DNA of 62,661 nt, the filler included, from Collodictyon triciliatum (Eukaryota): NCBI GenBank assembly GCA_043381765.1. It is 5 parts of 5 records of this genome, joined end to end, with 100 filler letters (N's around TTAATTAATTAA, not from the genome) between each part and the next. Parts side by side here need not be neighbours in the genome. Positions count along the whole stretch, not along the records: positions 1 to 14,688 come from JBHJMP010001784.1; positions 14,789 to 29,469 come from JBHJMP010001786.1; positions 29,570 to 44,247 come from JBHJMP010001787.1; 2 more parts are not named here. One strand, given 5' to 3'. Position numbers and translations under genes: made by a program. Each line of letters starts with the position of its first letter. Position 1 is the first letter of the stretch. The notes beneath the pieces are model-generated. The model saw only the letters and a program-made list of their open reading frames with translations. It was not told where the DNA came from and did no database searches. This document shows positions 13,571 to 39,882 of the stretch, piece after piece.

Positions 13571-14530
13571 CCAATCAACCAATCAACCAATCAACCAATC
13601 AATCAAAATCTAAAGAAGTAGAGATGGGCTATAGTGGTTCATTAAGCTCAAATCATAGGTTATTATATGGTATAGTACAGTAAAGTTTCCTGCTTTTCTC
13701 CGTGCTTCAATCTCCGACTCCCATGACAGTGTATGGAAAATGACCTGTGTTGCACACGTAAAAAGAATCGTTGCCGACATCATGATGGTTATTGGTAACA
13801 TACGCAATGACATTCTTTTAAGATGAAAGAGAAAAGATAGAAAAACACTATTTTACGATTTTTCACGTTGACCTCTCTGATTCTAAAACTTGTTCACACA
13901 CTGATGTCAGGGTTGCTATGACAATTTGAAAAGCGGTGGACGTGGTATAACCTTGACGCCTTTTTCTCGAAGCCATGCGGCTGTGGCGTCGTCCTTGCCG
14001 TCATAGATACATACCATCTTCATCGTGGTTTTGTCCACCGCCGAGTTGACAGCCGCCTACAGTCCAAAGTTGAAGTCATGTTTTGCGTTGTGCATCGTGC
14101 ATTGTGTGTGAATGCAAAAATACAAAAACCTTCAAGTAAGGAGTGTATTCTGTGTTTTCGCCGTTGAAGGACATGACCCACGTCAGCCGGCCGTAGTTCA
14201 CATAGTCTGGATGATGGGTTCAAAGAGGATATCTTAGATTTCATGGTTTGTATCTTCCTTGGAATCAGATATGCAAACAAAATCTCTCTGTGTTTGTCGT
14301 TTCATGCACACCACATGAGTTTTCTATTCTTTCTGCCATTATTTATGGAATCAGTCATCCTCGAGTTTTTCATTTTGTTTATGCTTACACCTTCGTTAAT
14401 GGTTGTGTTCTGTTTGTTAATATTTTGTTTTATCGAGGATAACTCAGGCTCGCTATCTCTACCTGACCATTGCGGACTGGGATGGTACTTGTTGAGCTCA
14501 GACTGCTCGTGATTGTAATGCGAAGATGGC
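12469..14530 (-). CDS. Glycosyltransferase family 8 (GT-A fold), 5' end truncated by scaffold end
   Basis: Spliced product: AAVNSAVDKTTMKMVCIYDG..WLREKGVK-VIFH, STFMRTDLP, VLYTDLDVVF (DxD), NAGVMLINI, GPTDQ-GALN, WNWRPYW, ILHYEGPKP. Stop at 12469. Confidence 0.88.
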
Positions 14531-14551
14531 CTGTTGTTGATTGTCCTGGAT

Positions 14552-14666
14552 GTTTGTTTGTTTGTTTGTTTGTTTGTTTGTTTGTTTGTTTGTTTGTTTG
14601 TTTGTTTGTTTGTTTGTTTGTTTGTTTGTTTGTTTGTTTGTTTGTTTGTTTGTTTGTTTGTTTGTT
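14552..14666. repeat. (TTTG)n microsatellite near scaffold end
   Basis: Direct reading. Confidence 0.95.
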
Positions 14667-14688
14667 GATGTATATGTGGTGATTTTTT

Positions 14689-14788
14689 NNNNNNNNNNNN
14701 NNNNNNNNNNNNNNNNNNNNNNNNNNNNNNNNTTAATTAATTAANNNNNNNNNNNNNNNNNNNNNNNNNNNNNNNNNNNNNNNNNNNN
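14689..14788. other. Artificial scaffold linker (N44-TTAATTAATTAA-N44)
   Basis: Exactly 100 bp, with a six-frame stop core at 14733-14744. Confidence 0.97.
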
Positions 14789-14908
14789 TTATTTGTATCT
14801 TATTTGTATCTTATTTGTATCTTATTTGTATCTTATTTGTATCTTATTTGTATCTTATTTGTATCTTATTTGTATCTTATTTGTATCTTATTTGTATCTT
14901 ATTTGTAT
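14789..14908. repeat. (TTATTTGTATC)n 11-bp minisatellite at scaffold start
   Basis: Direct reading. Confidence 0.95.
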
Positions 14909-14968
14909 ATAGTATATATAGTGTATTACATGATGTTGCTATCTATACTCATTCATATGTGTTTTAAG

Positions 14969-16527
14969 GTTCTCGTCAAGTTGGCTGAAAAAGACGGAGG
15001 GTGTGAGACCCGTGATGGCGTTGATGAATTTGTCGATGCCTCATCAGTTCGGAGCATGGCTGTTTGCCCTGACGAGCAGCTGGTGCAGAGTCCTCATTAT
15101 TTGCAGCTTGTCCCTTTGGTTAAGCAGGTATATATAGAATATTGCTCAAACAAAATGCCATATATTGAAAGTATATACATATCCAAAATTGCCTCCATGA
15201 AGCTCATGTGTTAGATATCAATTATTCGTTTCATCTCTAATATGTAATGTAAAATGCGTTTTTGTATTCTGGTGGGAATTTAGCATTCATATATTTTGTC
15301 ATATATACATATTTATTTATAGAAAAAATCATAGGGTCTCGCACTTTATTTGAGAAAATATTCTGCGTCTGTTATCAACGCATCAGATATGGATATACTA
15401 AGGCTTATTGGAAAGATGGACGCTAACAACTTTTCTATTTGGAACGAGATGCTAACTACATATGGGATTGGTGTTTACCCATTGGGTGGTCAGTTGTTTT
15501 GTTGATTTTGTTTTTTCTATGTTATTATGTGTGTTCCACCAGGAAAAGGCATCAATCTATTATTTCGTTGGATTCTGAAATGTCTAATCTAATGAATGTA
15601 ATTACTCGACGAATGAAATTTCGAGTAAGAGTGCACTCTTCCACCTGAATCCATTTTTCTTTAAAATATCTATTAGTTGATGTGTCATATTCCTACTTAC
15701 TAAATATGACACAAATAGCTTTGCTGAATCACTCATGCGACCCGAACTGTATCATAATGTATGAAGGTCCAGAACAAACCCAAGTCATTCGAACTATTCG
15801 AAAGGTTGCTGCTGGAGAAGAGTTGTGTCACTCATATCTGGACCTTGCTATGGATACAACACGACGTCGCGAATATCTTCAAAGTCGCTATTCATTTGTG
15901 TGCCACTGTCGCATATGCGACGGACATCTTCAACGTGAATCAGAACATGACTTTTCGAAAGTCGAGGGCAGCGCACAAGCGGTTAAGAAAGCGTTGGCCT
16001 TATATGAAGACGGCTATGAACTGCTCGAAACGGCAAATGATGAGGCATCTTTACTGAAGGCTGCCGAGACCTTGGGCCAAGCATTGGCAGAATGCAAAGG
16101 ATGCCTGCACCCTGGAAATCTAAAGCTACTTGCTGTTCGTTGTGCATTGCACCGGTCGCTGATGGAGCTGATGGCTCCATCTCTGTGCGTCCCGCTCTGT
16201 AGAAATATTGTGCGCACATATCGCCGCATATATCCCGAAAACCATCCTCTTATAGGACTTCAGCTTTACACTCTCGCTAGTCAAATCCTGGATGCAACTA
16301 GGCCTTCTCCACAGGACAGGGGATTGAAGCACAAAATCAAGTTTGTAATCGAGGATACAAATTGCACATCGGGTCGCGTATGTGACGGTGTTTCTCAAGT
16401 AGAGGACGGTGATGATGTTGGCGCGATTTTGGAATTGTCGCTCAAGAGCCTGCAGATTACTCATGGGCGCGAGCATAGGTTGTGTGTGGAAATAGAGAGT
16501 CTGATTCAGTCTCTGTCAAGGCACTGA
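14969..16527 (+). CDS. SMYD-like SET-domain lysine methyltransferase, 5' part missing
   Basis: NNFSI..GIGVYPLG-ALLNHSCDPNC, GEELCHSYLD, post-SET YSFVCHCRIC, and a TPR-like C-terminus (YPENHPLIG, LQITHGREH). Confidence 0.9.
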
Positions 16528-16877
16528 GTTTTATACGAGACGGACATCACACAATAACGCCGCAACTCATTCACGAAGAAAAAAATAATGGGAAAATAGA
16601 ATAAAAGAAAAGAAACATTTAATTGTCCCACCGGAACAGAAGGCAGGGTAGCGTTCATCTTTCAAAAGGTTGGATAACTGGACATTATTGTAATTTTTAT
16701 ATGGAATCCTATGATTCATTCAACCGATTAAGAAAGAATCGTACATGGTGCGTCTTGAGAGAAGAGTGAGGGAGAGGGAGAGGGGAGAACAGCAGAGGAA
16801 GACAGGAACTTTGAATCGATGCAGAAACCAAAAGGGCGTGTTTGGACTGCACCGCAAACAGCAGCACTCGACGCATG

Positions 16878-23592
<6,715 letters not shown>

Positions 23593-24140
23593 GATGCGTT
23601 CGGGCTCGCCTGATTGGCCGGGTTGATTTGTGATTGGTACAGAGAAGCGAAGAAAACCGAAGCCTTCTGCAGTCAATAGATTGACCACTTTTTGCTTTAT
23701 CTTTTTACTTGTTTTCTCACTTCTTTTTTTCTATCCGAGTCCTCTGTCTTTGTCATGAAATCATGGCTGCTGTGGTTGTCGCCGACGAGAGCAGATCGAC
23801 GGGTATCTGTTTCATGTTGCTGTGCCGATGTGATCAAAACAGGTGAAACTTCCACAATAGTAAAAACGGAACCGAGGCTACATTATTCCTGGTTTAGTTT
23901 ATTCCGGACTAAAGAATACTCGTTGGAGCTATACAAAACATTCAAATAAAATATCTTATAATAGAATTAGATTACCCAAGTGTGGTCTGCACGAAAATAG
24001 GTATTTACTGAATAGTATATCCTTTTATAGATAGTTTGTGTATCGATTGATTGCAATCATATTCCTAACGTGCTGATTCTATCGCTTTGTGTCGATCAGA
24101 TTAATCTGGCTTTGAGGAGTGGGTGCGGCGAGCCCGGCCG

Positions 24141-25826
24141 ATGGCTCGTGTGATCGACGCGGAGGCGGATTACGTGAAGGGAGGAAACAAGAAGACGGAA
24201 AAAAAGAGGAGACCCAACAAGCAGGATATTGGATGGCATTACCCTACCAACGCGATCATTCACACAGATCACCTGCCGATCGCCCCAATCACCCACTTCC
24301 GATGCTGCTTTTTGGATCTTACATCAGCTACGCAGTCAGGTTTGAGCCTTGCTTCTTTCTGCTGTCTTTTCTATGGCTGTAAATACGTTTGCCTCGAGTA
24401 TTTTTTTGGGACTGCCTCCATTTTTTGGTTTTTTTTATTCGCCCCCTCGAGACTTCTCAAACTCTTGCAGTCCAAGCGAAGTTCATTAAAAAAAAATGGT
24501 CACCCAACTATTGATATATAACCTACTCTCGACACGTCGTCGGCTGCTGATCCTAAACAACGCTAGTCTGCTGCTTGGAACCGTCTACCCCGCTTATCGC
24601 AGGTTTGTTCATCTAACGGGCTTTTGGCACTTATTGTGACTGTGATGCCATATCTTCCTTGAAGAATCTTCCCTGGTTGATTCCTGGGCTCAAGAAACAG
24701 ACAGAAAACACAGCCCTTCTGTCGACGAAGCGGCACCTGAGAAATAACCAACTTACCCCTCTCATAGCTTCAAGGCTCTAGAGTCTCCTGAATCTGAAGA
24801 CGACACCCAATGGCTGACCTACTGGGTGTGCTTCTCTTTCATGAAGAGTGTCGAGTTTTTTGGAGAGTTTATCCTCAGCTGGTTTGTTGACGTTGCTAAC
24901 TCGACCTTTTTTATTTATTCAACTCTTAACCCATCTCTCTTTTTTTTTCCGTCCGACACTGCCTTNNNNNNNNNNNNNNNNNNNNNNNNNNNNNNNNNNN
25001 NNNNNNNNNNNNNNNNNNNNNNNNNNNNNNNNNNNNNNNNNNNNNNNNNNNNNNNNNNNNNNNNNNNNNNNNNNNNNNNNNNNNNNNNNNNNNNNNNNNN
25101 NNNNNNNNNNNNNNNNNNNNNNNNNNNNNNNNNNNNNNNNNNNNNNNNNNNNNNNNNNNNNNNNNNNNNNNNNNNNNNNNNNNNNNNNNNNNNNNNNNNN
25201 NNNNNNNNNNNNNNNNNNNNNNNNNNNNNNNNNNNNNNNNNNNNNNNNNNNNNNNNNNNNNNNNNNNNNNNNNNNNNNNNNNNNNNNNNNNNNNNNNNNN
25301 NNNNNNNNNNNNNNNNNNNNNNNNNNNNNNNNNNNNNNNNNNNNNNNNNNNNNNNNNNNNNNNNNNNNNNNNNNNNNNNNNNNNNNNNNNNNNNNNNNNN
25401 NNNNNNNNNNNNNNNNNNNNNNNNNNNNNNNNNNNNNNNNNNNNNNNNNNNNNNNNNNNNNNNNNNNNNNNNNNNNNNNNNNNNNNNNNNNNNNNNNNNN
25501 NNNNNNNNNNNNNNNNNNNNNNNNNNNNNNNNGTTTCTGTCCTCATTCCGCCAACTCCGCCACACTGACATATTCTTTTCTCTTCTCATTTTCCCCAGTC
25601 TTCTATCCATCTATTTCGAATAAACACGCATGGAAAAAAAAAATCAGAGTATGTGCTTTGCAACTGCGCTATGTCGCCTAAAGCTTTCCAAAAGTCTTCT
25701 GACTTCTGCCTCAAAGTATGGCTAATACCGTTCCTATTGCGTACAGGTTTATATGGTTGGATGGTTTCGATTGTGTTTATAGAGGTGTCCAAGCCACCAT
25801 GGAAAAAAAAGGATATCTTCAGCTGA
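24141..25826 (+). CDS. TB2/DP1/HVA22 (REEP/Yop1) family ER-shaping protein, interrupted by an assembly gap
   Basis: LLLGTVYPAYR-SFKALESPESEDDTQWLTYWVCFSFMKSVEFFGEFILSW is the family signature. N gap at 24966-25532. Both ends uncertain. Confidence 0.85.
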
Positions 25827-25917
25827 CAATAAACATGGACATCACTACATTTTCAATCACCTGTTTGATGGACTTTATCAAACAAAATGAAACAACGGCC
25901 ATTTGCCTGGCCCGACT

Positions 25918-27657
25918 CTACTTGGCATCGGACACAACTTCCTCCACTCCACTCGCATTCTCAACAGAATCTCTCCTTCGTGACTTTTTTACCGCTTTTC
26001 TTGCGCGCTTTCGGGGCTTGACCGGTCGCATTATTGTCGAGTCTGACGCACTAGTAACTTGAACAACTGAAGATAGGTGAGGTGTTGGTGGAATTCGGTG
26101 GGGCGCTTGTGTGTGACCTTCGTCGGCACTAAGAAGCAAAATGGCGTTGTTTTTTAATCAGCGAAATAAAGTTCTCATTCAACTGTCCAAAGCTGCACTT
26201 GTGGAATGAGTTCTTATACCTGTGACCTTGGTCGCCGTTTCTATCACGCTTGACTCGAGAGCCGCTTTTCCTTGGTAACCTCGTATTCAGCGCCTTTGTC
26301 GAGTTTGGGAGTATTTCTTTCGTGAATGATGTGGGCATGGCCTCTAAATGGCTCTCGGTTGGGCGTATTTTTGTAATCCCTTCTCTTTGAATATTCCTTT
26401 CAGTAAATTCATCTGATGATATTGAGTAATTATCTTCTTGCTCATTTTCTTCATCTTCTTGCTCATTTTCTTCATCATTTGGTACAGGTGGCTTCGGTAT
26501 GATTTCAGATTTTTTGTTGCGAGTCTTTCGATAGAGTTCCCGAATTTGTTCCTCAACTTGTTGTGTTTTTCTGCTCATTTGGTCCATTGAACTTGTTCCA
26601 TACAGCAAAGTGGCATCCATTTCTTCACTTTTCTCTTCATCTTCTGACGAAAGAGACTCTAAAACATCCATGTTCTGTTCACTTTCTCTATCTACTTGTT
26701 GAATATCATCTGTGGACTCAAATCGTTCCTGCACGTAGTCTTGAAATTGAAAGAGATTGTATGAGAATTGTGGGAGAGATATGTTGTAATAAAGAAATGT
26801 ATGAATTGGTATGAATGTTATGTGTAATCGTATATTTTTGGTGTTCAGTATGGGAATGATTGGCTTATCATCACATAAGTGTAAAAGTAACCATTAATGC
26901 GGGTATAAAAAGGCTCGAATTTTTATTTTTGCTACTTTAGTTGTCATATACATGGTGTAAGATGTTTAAGATACCATTGTGTAAGGGCTGGAGCCTGTGA
27001 AGAAGGAAATTCTTTACCAATAAAACTGTAGTATATTTTGATGAGATAATACTCTTGCATTGCTTCATAACAGATAGTATCTTTTGATTTGTATATACTT
27101 GTGTAAGCACGCAAACTCAATAATAGTAATGGTAAGAGTAATAGAAAAATGCTGGGCGAATAGACCGGTGGATTTGTAAGATACATGTAAACATTCTTAC
27201 ATAGAAATATGGCCGTTTCTGGGTTCCCTAGAGCATCAACAACAGCATGCGGTGGGCGGCCATTAGGCGGCCATACTTTGGCTACCAGCCCCTCAAAGCG
27301 GCATAAAAAGTCCCAGTGAAGAAAAGGAAGAGCGGCTTGAAGCCAAGTGCGTTGTTTGAGTAAAACAGCGTCGCTGCTATCCTCCTTTTCGAGTCTCTGT
27401 AAAAGAGCCCGAAGCGCAGGATCGGTCCGACGATGTGTGTTGAGCAGTGTGCGATTGGCAGAGGCAGCTACACGCCGACTTCTCATGTTTTTGTTGGGGG
27501 CATGGAGATGTTGTTCGTAACGAGTCGAGTGATTCTGATCGGGCGAGTCAGAGCCTCTCTTAGAGTTGGGGTGGTCCTGTGCGGTTGGTTCATCATCTTT
27601 GCATTCTTCCTGGTCATCCATAGAGACTTCTGCATCGTCTGCGCGTGACTTTGACAT
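25918..27657 (-). CDS. Hypothetical protein, acidic/disordered with one helical segment
   Basis: ORFs 26944-27657, 26129-26734 and 25918-26139 are linkable by GT-AG introns. No recognisable domain. Confidence 0.55.
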
Positions 27658-28096
27658 CTTTTGATTTTCAGTCGCTTTTGCTACAGCTGTGAGTATGAGG
27701 ATAAAAGTATGGACGTGGGAGAGTCAGCAAACGGTACAGTTTCTGGTGTAGGCTCTATCTTCGTGTTTGCTATGCTTCATTATTGTTGTTGTTGGCTGTA
27801 GCCTCTCTCGCCCTTTTGCATTTGCATGGTTTGCTTGCTTGCATAGAAACGAGTCACTTAACTTTGACTTAGTTTCCTTTGATGTCTGCTCGGTTGAACA
27901 CCAGTATGAGCCCCGAGCTAATAGAATCTGACCCAAGCGCAATGATAGCATGTGAAAATAATAATTAACATTTATAGGGGGATGGGGCTTTAGAAGGTTG
28001 GGCGTGTAGCAGACCTCTGAAGCTCTTATACAAGCCTCTCTCCTTTCATTTCTTTATTTATTTATTCATTGTTATTTTGCACTATCCATCGCTTCA

Positions 28097-29034
28097 TTAG
28101 TTCATTTTCTCTGTCCTAGATAACCTTGCTGCCCCTAGCTCTTTCCATACGCCCATTCCCTCTATTGTTTTCAGCAGCGCACTGGAGTTCATAACATGGT
28201 AGATGATAGGTATGATAGAATTAGATTAGGGTGTCTCAAGAGGCCATTCGACTCACCATTATATAAGGATGGAGCCAAGTCAAGCAATTAGAACATATTG
28301 GTTTTCTTTTATAGAGCGTGAGGGCATGTAGTTGTTTAGCAAGTACTTTTTAGTGTTTTTGTTATATTTTCATTTTTCTTGCTGTTTTTCTTGCTGTTTT
28401 TCTTGCTGTTTTTCTTGCTGTTTTTCTTGCTGTTTTTCTCAACGTCTTAATGTCTTTTCTTACTGTCGTATGTATATATTCTTTCTTTCAATTTGTGCTT
28501 ACTGTTTTTTCTCGATCCTGGATTCGATGGAATCTTTCTCAAGAGCTAGTTCTTTCAACGATTGGTCATCTCCTGGGAGACTTTGTAGCACTTCCTCGCA
28601 TCTCTCATAGGTTCGAATATACTCTTGCAGCTAGTCCAACGAATCAAATGGGTAGATAAATGAGGTTAAAAGCGGTCGACTCAAGGGGGTTCAGTCTAAG
28701 ATGAATCATTAGCTGCATCGTGTTGGACAATATCCATCCACATTAGTGATACCGAGACATGAAGGCACGTTGTCAAATATTGGCTGTTTCTTCGTTATGG
28801 AATCATGAGTGAAAGAGAGGAAGGTGCCAGGTGATATAGATGTAAATAACACACAATGTCATGCACAAGATCCGCCTTTGACTCGTGGATGGCATCGAGA
28901 AGACTTTCTGTCAGCCCAAGTAGCTGCTCGGTCTCTTGAAAGAGCTTTTCTGACTGGTTCTTGAAATAAGCAGTAATAATAAAATAAATTAAGATGTTAG
29001 TATGCATCGTTACCTCGGTACCTGGGTCGGCCAT
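28097..29034 (-). CDS. MED9: Small coiled-coil protein, Mediator subunit 9 (Med9)-like
   Basis: Spliced: MADPGTE-NQSEKLFQETEQLLGLTESLLDAIHESKADL-PIFDN-LQEYIRTYERCEEVLQSLPGDDQSLKELALEKDSIESRIEKK-HALLKTIE. The LPG-D-S followed by coiled coil resembles Med9 (and the related Med21). Confidence 0.55.
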
Positions 29035-29469
29035 TTGTGTTTGAAGGAATAAGAGGGGAAAAAGTAAAGGAACCACAGAAGAAGGAACATCCAAGGTGGT
29101 GGAATAAAATACAGAGCTAATACAAACCATCACTCTAGAGTCCTGCTGAAGTCTTTGTCAAGAGAGCTTTCTTTTTTTTTTCTTGTTTTTCTCGTTTTTC
29201 TTGTTTTTCTTGTTTTTCTTGTTTTCAGCCCTAGATCCTTCCGTTTGGTTTATGAGGTATGTGCACCGATGAGGAATGAGGTACCGTTACAGCTAAAGCT
29301 TCTTTCCATGCGGCGGCGGCCCTTTTCTTTTCTACTTCATTTCTACTTGTGGCCTCGGTCTTTTGTTTTTTGTTTTTTGTTTTTTGTTTTTTGTTTTTTG
29401 TTTTTTGTTTTTTGTTTTTTGTTTTTTGTTTTTTGTTTTTTGTTTTTTGTTTTTTGTTTTTTGTTTTTT

Positions 29470-29569
29470 NNNNNNNNNNNNNNNNNNNNNNNNNNNNNNN
29501 NNNNNNNNNNNNNTTAATTAATTAANNNNNNNNNNNNNNNNNNNNNNNNNNNNNNNNNNNNNNNNNNNN
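29470..29569. other. Artificial scaffold linker
   Basis: Same 100-bp structure, core at 29514-29525. Confidence 0.97.
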
Positions 29570-29596
29570 TTGGGGCGGGGTGGGGGGGTGGGGGGG

Positions 29597-29629
<33 letters not shown>

Positions 29630-29829
29630 GCCAGTTTAATAATGTTAGTTTTCTGGAGAATGTGCCATTTGTCTCTCTTAGTGTTTATTGTTTCTCAGCA
29701 AAGGAGACTCTTTCTTATTCGTATTGTGTTTTCTTCATTGTTCCTCTCAACCATGCCTCTCTCTGTGTGATCACCACATTTATTCACATTGTAATGTAAT
29801 GTGGTGTGTGCACCTTAACGGCGATTTAG

Positions 29830-30162
29830 ATGCGGCTGCGTTCCTGAACAGGTATTTTCCGTTCTCGCGCCGATTTTTCTGCAAATACCCACCACCCGGC
29901 GACTTTTCTTCCCAAGGCGCGATTAGTCCCCAAGACTACAATCCCGTCTGTTGAAATGAATCAGGTATATATCGAGGGTGTACTTGATGTTGTCGGGTGC
30001 ACAAAGAGAAAGCTGCATTCTTGCGACGAAATCCAACCACAGCGAACTGCGATTCACATGAGCCGCATTGTGGATTGTCCAAAGAGATTGATAATCGTGT
30101 CAATGATTGAATTGGTAAATCCAAGAAAGATCAGAGTTTCATTTGGATAAATCTGCATTTTT

Positions 30163-30261
<99 letters not shown>

Positions 30262-31954
30262 GACAGATATTAAAACGTGGACAGGGTACAGTCTCACAAC
30301 AAAGCAATCGGGGTGTATTCATGGATGCAAAGTATACAAGTGACGAAAACGACCTCGGGAAATACAAAGAGAAAAGAAGCCCCTCTGAAAATACTCATCG
30401 TCCAATTACCACCACCAAACAGCCTGCTCGAGTAAATGAATCCATTCAACCCTCTCAGAAAGTTTATTTGGATACCAAAGTAAATGGCACCGGGAAAAAA
30501 AGCTCGCGAACAAAGAAACCAGTATCTTCGCTTCAAGACGAAAGCGAGGCAAAAAGCCGATGGCTCACATTATTCGAACCAAGCACGCCTGCAAGGTTCC
30601 ATTCCTCTCAACCATGCTTTCCAACACCAGCGGCACGGGTACCTATCTCGAAAATACCAAAAGGGCGCGGTGGAATAGGTTCTCAAAAGATAGAAGCGGA
30701 TCCATACTACACACCAGCGATGATGAATTGCATCCACCCACAACGCACCCACGCTCCGCAAGGGTCCTCCGAAAAAACCATTCCTCCTATGCATTCGGCA
30801 CTCAAGTATGCTTCGTTAATGGAAAACATGATGAGAGCCTTTATGGAATTACACTCATTTATGCAGAGTGTGCATTTTAGTCAGTTGAACTGCCACAGCT
30901 ATGTCGCCCGTCAAGATGAAAGGGGTTGCGCAAAAAGAGTTCGATCCCAACCATGTCCTTCTTCGCAGATTGATGTCCCTCATACTTTGGAGCATGGACC
31001 ATATATCTGTTATGGCGGCATTGGAAACGATTACCCACATTCTCACCAACCAGTCCACACATACAACAACCAATCATCACAGCATATTCTGACGAAGACA
31101 ACACCAGATACACGCCCACATACATACCCACCAAAATCAAATAGACAAATTGTCAAACCGCTTCTCCTGTCCTCGCAAGATTCTATGCCTCACAAACACG
31201 TGGCTCAAGATGCCTCCCATCCACCAAAATATCTGGCCTCGCCCCCCAAACATCCATCTCTACAAACAAAGTCTGTAGCAGCCGAATCGTCTGGAGCGTT
31301 ACTGGAGTCATCACAAACACCAACACAGCCCTTATCACAGCACCCACCATCTATCAACAAAGTAATACACAGTTTTTCTATTAATAATATATATATATAT
31401 ACGTATTTGTCTGCATCGTTTTCATTATCAGTCCAACCTTATGAATCTGCTTTATCATTCTCATTCTCATTCTCATTCTCATTCTCATTCTCATTCTCAT
31501 TCTCATTCTCATTCTCATTCTCATTCTCATTCTCATTCTCATTGCTATTTCAAAGTCATGGCCATTTTACGAGGACAGATAAAGAGTATACGCACACATG
31601 AGTAGTAATTGTAAAATTGTATAGAAATCACAGCCGGCACCCAGTGATTCATCGCAACAAAGGCTGCCGAGTCTTAGTCCTGCAGAAGACCTTGCGGGCC
31701 ACTCTGCGGTCTTTGACGACTCCTTCGAAGGCTTTCGCAAAATGCTACTCTCTCAACACGGCCCCGAATCTGAAAGTACTGCCGCACTTAAGTCGCAGGG
31801 CCGCAGAGCAACGAAGCCGGGTTTTGCGGCGGACTCATTGCAAAGCAGGAAACGGCCTTTGCCAAGAGATGAGGCGAGTTCGTCAGACTCTGTCTTTGGC
31901 CTGGAATGGGCCTCGGTTGTGGAGGATCTAATCCCACATTTGGCGCTCCAATAA
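29830..31954 (+). CDS. Hypothetical protein (5' truncated), Cys-containing N-terminal segment followed by P/S/Q-rich region
   Basis: Exons CGCVPEQ|VYIEGVLDVVGCTKRKLHSCD..RLII|ILKRGQG.. lead into ORF 30321, then a last exon ending IPHLALQ* at 31954. Confidence 0.55.
30167..30256. repeat. (CT)n microsatellite directly upstream of a splice acceptor
   Basis: Direct reading. Confidence 0.95.
31456..31542. repeat. (TTCTCA)n microsatellite, intronic
   Basis: Direct reading. Confidence 0.95.
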
Positions 31955-32264
31955 AGCCAATTGATTACTCCAATCATGTGCGTTTGTTATTGTCTTTGTT
32001 TTTGTTTTTGTTTTTGTTTTTGTTTTTGTTTTTGTTTTTGTTTTTGTTTTTGTTTTTGTTTTTGTTTTTGTTTTTTGTTTTTGTTTTTTGTTTTGATTTA
32101 TGAGATGATTACACCGGAAAACGAGTTTGTTTGTGTGCTTTTCTTTATGAGTTGTGCTGTCTTGTTTTGTCGGCCTATCGAGACTGAAGCCGACTAACGT
32201 CTGCTCCGCCCAACCAGAAGAACCTCGCGCGACAGAGTCCCTTGGAAGCAAAAATAACCGCACC

Positions 32265-38409
<6,145 letters not shown>

Positions 38410-39045
38410 AAAGAAAAGAAAAGCGGACTGAATCATTGGATATGTAATCACCCCGAGGGCCAAGAGATTTAATTACAATGGGGGTTTTTTTGACCAAACT
38501 CGTTGCTTGAGAAAAGCGAACATACTATCCATTTTCTCAAAGGTGGATATAAAGGGGTATGTAAATGAGTTTATCATCCATTCCAATTTGTAAAATGTGC
38601 CGCATCTAGCTATCGCTCTCGCACGTAATCGAGGTTGCTAAATTAAGTATTGTGCTGCGCTCTCTGACTCAAAAACGCACAAAAAAAAAAAAAAAAAAGA
38701 TGAAAAAGATGAAAAAGATGAAAAAGAAGAAAAAGAAGGAAATGAAGGAAAAAAAGGAAAAAAAGGAAAAAAAGAAGGACAAAGAAGGACAAAGAAGGAT
38801 ATAAAGAAGGACAAAGAAGGATATAAAGATGGGATGATGGAAGAGAGGAAGTGAGGATAAAGGAGGCGTTGAATGTGAAAGCTAGAATAGAAATGATCGA
38901 GAGGGAAAACTTGGCAGAGACAAAGTCATTTGTTGTGCGAAGGCAAGCAAGTGATATACAGACTAAACGATTCACGTGGAAGTCATGTTCCCAAGGGAGG
39001 AAAATAAGTAAGTCCTTTCTTTTCTTCTTTTTTTTCTCATCACTC

Positions 39046-39787
39046 CTACACTGGGGCGCCTATGACGCTTTCCAGTTTCTTGAGAAGAAGTTCTGCATTA
39101 GGCCAGTGCAGCGAGTGGAGTTTCGAATGTATTACCTGTTGCGAAGAGGTTTACTAAAGCGTTGTGTTTTCTTTTCTCTACCAAATGGCATATACATTAT
39201 CTTTGCGATGAGGGATGCGAACAGTAATCTCAAAGGAGCCGATGCGCGGTGGGTGGTCAAGTTCGGTATTCACTGGGGGTAATATATAAAAGAAGGGATA
39301 GTAAATAAATAAAACAAACTAAAGATGAAAAATAGAACTCCTTAAGATGGGGACTGTGTGGTCATGATGTTGTCTTCTTTCTGGTACCTAACTTATTCAT
39401 TTACTCACCAAGTATGCTGATTCCAGGGTAGCATCCTTCGATGGTATCAATTACTGTGAAAATTTTATTTTCTATTACTTTTATGTCATCAAAAACAGCA
39501 CCTTTTGATAAATATAAATATTTTTTAAAAAAAAAATGAATGAGTTAAGCCCATTTTAAACGAACGACATCGTTCCCGAAGTTGTGAAGACGTTTCACTG
39601 CACAAATTCAAGTACCTGTCTTTGAATACTTTTCATATTTCTCAGAATCGTGACGGACAGACATTTTATGCTCGTGGCAGTTGTGACTTTATTGTTAATA
39701 TAAGCTTTAATTGAGAAACTTTGCATATTTTTAACTGGTAAAAGAAAAGAAAAACTTTCTTTCAAATTGAATCAATTTTACAAGATG

Positions 39788-39882
<95 letters not shown>

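Noticed and set aside
13912-13925. RFX X-box-like GTTGCTATGACAAT
   Set aside because: Lies inside a GT8 intron rather than a ciliary gene promoter; a single degenerate match.
14733-14744. TTAATTAATTAA as a biological motif (PacI-like site, piggyBac TTAA, chromosome breakage signal or nanochromosome boundary)
   Set aside because: Always centred in exactly 44+44 Ns, so it is an assembly linker.
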